From Alphaproteobacteria bacterium (GTDB taxonomy: Bacteria; Pseudomonadota; Alphaproteobacteria; MPNO01; UBA830), in NCBI GenBank assembly GCA_965243135.1, contig OZ251539.1:4512001-4576000 (forward strand): a DNA stretch of 64,000 bases. Direction: 5' to 3'. Below, in pieces: positions 61,348-64,000 of this stretch. Below the pieces are notes generated by a model that did no database searches, was not told the origin of the DNA, and saw only the letters and a program-made list of their open reading frames with translations. Each line of letters opens with the position of its first letter. Positions within the stretch are counted from its first letter, which is position 1. A program made the position numbers and the translations under genes.

Positions 61348-61405
61348 TCTCGCCTCCCTGTTGGTTCGCCTCGCCCGGCCCGGCACCCGCAACGCATGGC
61401 GGCGT

Positions 61406-62881
61406 TCAGAACAGCGATCCCTGTTCGGAGGTATCCTCCGCCGCGCGCGGCCGGGATCGGCCGGAAATCATCGCCCCGGCTGCGCCGTCCGCAAACCGGA
61501 TGGACACGTTCTGGCCTTCGCGCGTGGCGGTCACGGAGGTTACCGGTTCCCCGTCCGCGTCTTGCACGAGGGCGAATCCGCGATCGAGCACCCGTTCGTA
61601 GGAAACGCTGTCCAACAACTTGCCGGCCGCTGCAAGGCGCGCCTCGGAGGCCGCGATCGCGTTTTCCATCCCGGCGGTCAGGCGCGAGGCGAGCGCCAGC
61701 CCCTCGAACCGGCTGGCGCGGGCGTTCACCGCGACATGGAGGCTGCCGATCAAGCGGCCGTCGAGTTGCGCGACCTCGCGCGCCGCCTGGCCGAGAACCT
61801 CGCGGGGATGCCGCAGCGCGGCGGCGACCGCGGCGAGCCGCGCGGCGGCGCGCTCCCGGCCGCGCGACAGCGCGGCCGACAAGAGTTCGGTTTGATGGTC
61901 GAGGGACTGCATCGCGCCTTCCAGAAGCTCGACGGGACGCGGCAATCCGCGCGCCAGACCCTCGACGCGCATGCGCCGTTCCTCCATCAGGCGCGCAGCT
62001 GCCGCGCGCAACCTGCGTTCGTCGTCGATCACCAAAGCGTGCAGTTCCGCCCTCACCGGCACCGCGATTTCGGCGGCGGCGGTCGGCGTCGGCGCCCGCC
62101 GGTCCGCGGCGAAGTCGATCAGCGTGGTGTCGGTTTCGTGGCCTACGGCCGAAATAAGCGGAATGGCGGACTCGGCCGCGGCGCGCACGACCGCCTCCTC
62201 GTTGAACTGCCAAAGATCCTCCAGGCTTCCGCCGCCGCGCGCCACGATCAGCAGATCGGGACGCGGCACCGCGCCGTCCGCGGAAAGCGCGTTGAACCCC
62301 CTGATGGCGGCCGCGATCTTTTCGGCGGCGCCGTCGCCCTGCACCGGCGTGGGCCAGATCAGGACGCGGCGCGGGAACCGTTCCGCCAGACGATGAAGAA
62401 TGTCGCGGATAACCGCACCGGTCGGCGAGGTGATCACGCCGATCGCCTCCGGCAAAAAAGGCAGTTCCCGTTTCCGATCTTCGTCGAACAAGCCTTCGGA
62501 AGCGAGTTTCCTGCGGCGATCCTCCAGCAGCTTGAGAAGCGCGCCCTCGCCCGCCAGCTCGACCGCTTCGACGACGATCTGATAACGCGAATTCTTCGGA
62601 TAGGAGGAGATGCGCCCGGTGCAGATCACCTCCATGCCCTCTTCGAGCCGCAGGGTCAGCCGGTTGACGGTCGTGCGCCACGCAACGCCGTCCATCGCCG
62701 CGTCGGCGTCCTTGAGCACGAAATAGAGATGGCCCGAACCGTGATAGTTGGGCCGGCTTATCTCGCCCCTGACGCGAACCCGGTCGAATGCGCCTTCGAG
62801 GGTGCGCTTGACCGCCTGGGAAATCTCGCCGACCGTGAACTCGGCGACGTTGCTTCCCTGGCGCGAGAATTGATCGTCCAT
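61406..62881 (-). CDS. xseA: Exodeoxyribonuclease VII large subunit
   Basis: [57 protein letters not shown]. Confidence 0.96.
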   Translation of the reverse strand: MDDQFSRQGSNVAEFTVGEISQAVKRTLEGAFDRVRVRGEISRPNYHGSGHLYFVLKDADAAMDGVAWRTTVNRLTLRLEEGMEVICTGRISSYPKNSRYQIVVEAVELAGEGALLKLLEDRRRKLASEGLFDEDRKRELPFLPEAIGVITSPTGAVIRDILHRLAERFPRRVLIWPTPVQGDGAAEKIAAAIRGFNALSADGAVPRPDLLIVARGGGSLEDLWQFNEEAVVRAAAESAIPLISAVGHETDTTLIDFAADRRAPTPTAAAEIAVPVRAELHALVIDDERRLRAAAARLMEERRMRVEGLARGLPRPVELLEGAMQSLDHQTELLSAALSRGRERAAARLAAVAAALRHPREVLGQAAREVAQLDGRLIGSLHVAVNARASRFEGLALASRLTAGMENAIAASEARLAAAGKLLDSVSYERVLDRGFALVQDADGEPVTSVTATREGQNVSIRFADGAAGAMISGRSRPRAAEDTSEQGSLF

Positions 62882-62935
62882 GGCGAATTGTATAGCACCC
62901 GCTTGCGGGTTCGCACAGCATCGGGGGCGCGCGGC

Positions 62936-64000
62936 ATGAAAGTTCTGGTTGTAGGCGGCGGCGGGCGCGAACACGCCTTGTGCTGGGCGATCGCATCGTC
63001 GCCGCTGGTCGACGCGCTGTGGTGCGCGCCCGGCAACGCGGGCATCGCGCGCGAAGCGGAATGCGTCCCGGTCGCGGCGGACGACCTCTCCGGCCTCCTT
63101 GAATTCGCTCGCGGAAACGCCGTCGATCTCGCGGTCATCGGACCGGAGGCGCCCCTTGTCGCCGGGCTTGCGGACCAGCTGAGGGCTTCCGGCATCCGCG
63201 CGTTCGGCCCCGGCGCCGACGCGGCTCTTCTCGAAGGCTCCAAGGGCTTCATGAAGGATCTGTGCGCCCGTCACGGAATTCCTACCGCTTCTTACGGGCG
63301 GTTCGCCGACGCAGCGGCCGCCAAGTCGTTCGTCGCGGAAAACGGCGCGCCGATCGTCGTCAAGGCCGACGGAGCGGCCGCCGGCAAGGGGGTCGTCGTG
63401 TGCGAAACCGCGGAACAGGCATACGCCTCGATCGACGACATGCTGACGCGAGGCGTCTTCGGGGCGGCCGGAGCCGAAATCGTGATCGAGGAGTTCCTGG
63501 AGGGCGAGGAGGCAAGCTTCTTCGCGCTGGTCGACGGCGAACACGTCCTGCCGCTGGCGACGGCGCAGGACTACAAACGCGTCGGCGACGGCGACGCGGG
63601 ACCGAATACCGGGGGCATGGGCGCACTGTCGCCGGCGCCGGCCGTCACCGAAGAGATTTTCGAAACGGTAATGAACACGATCGTCGCGCCCACGGTCGAA
63701 GCCATGAACGCCGAAGGCCGTCCGTACTACGGCGCGCTGTACGCAGGGCTGATGCTCACTTCGGACGGCCCGAAACTGCTGGAATACAATGCGAGGTTCG
63801 GCGATCCGGAATGCCAAGTGCTGATGGCGCGGCTGATGTCGGACATCGTCCCCGCATTGGCGGCGACCTGCGACGGGGAGCTGGGAGAGTTCGACCTGCG
63901 CTGGCGCGACGAGACGGCGCTGACCGTGGTGATGGCGGCCAGAGGCTATCCGGGCCCCTACGGCAAGGGCTCCACCATTCGCGGTCTCGAAGCCGCGGCC
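62936..64000 (+). CDS. purD: Phosphoribosylamine-glycine ligase, runs off window end
   Basis: Manual translation [58 protein letters not shown]. Confidence 0.96.
   Translation, partial: MKVLVVGGGGREHALCWAIASSPLVDALWCAPGNAGIAREAECVPVAADDLSGLLEFARGNAVDLAVIGPEAPLVAGLADQLRASGIRAFGPGADAALLEGSKGFMKDLCARHGIPTASYGRFADAAAAKSFVAENGAPIVVKADGAAAGKGVVVCETAEQAYASIDDMLTRGVFGAAGAEIVIEEFLEGEEASFFALVDGEHVLPLATAQDYKRVGDGDAGPNTGGMGALSPAPAVTEEIFETVMNTIVAPTVEAMNAEGRPYYGALYAGLMLTSDGPKLLEYNARFGDPECQVLMARLMSDIVPALAATCDGELGEFDLRWRDETALTVVMAARGYPGPYGKGSTIRGLEAAA

Overview
High-GC alphaproteobacterial (Rhodospirillales-like) chromosomal segment. Core blocks: ffh-rpsP-rimM-trmD-rplS-leuCDB (0.7-7.5 kb); trpB2 and a minus-strand queG-dusA-arsC-yhhQ-coxLMS-like run (29.6-38 kb); a Rieske oxygenase pair; NAD-linked formate dehydrogenase; ubiD-pmbA-msbA-DUF374-waaA-lpxK; ridA, xseA and partial purD. 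Three visibly AT-richer accessory patches interrupt them. (i) 7.5-12.7 kb: a 1171-aa protein with degenerate SIR2-like, STAND NTPase, helical and OB-fold regions (SAMD9/Avs-like), translationally coupled to a small RxxxxH (HEPN-like) protein. This is the best candidate for an undescribed defence system. (ii) 16.6-23.8 kb: an ABC-type ATPase + DUF3226/TOPRIM-like pair hit by two insertion sequences. (iii) 40.3-47.3 kb: IS elements, a PD-(D/E)XK nuclease and gene relics. An unusual IS66-type family (tnpC + DUF4338, left end copied from the right end) occurs as two full-length copies plus a 743-bp non-autonomous derivative with a passenger ORF. A ~250-bp structured repeat occurs three times. No rRNA, tRNA or CRISPR array was seen. 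All calls come from reading motifs by eye, not from database searches.
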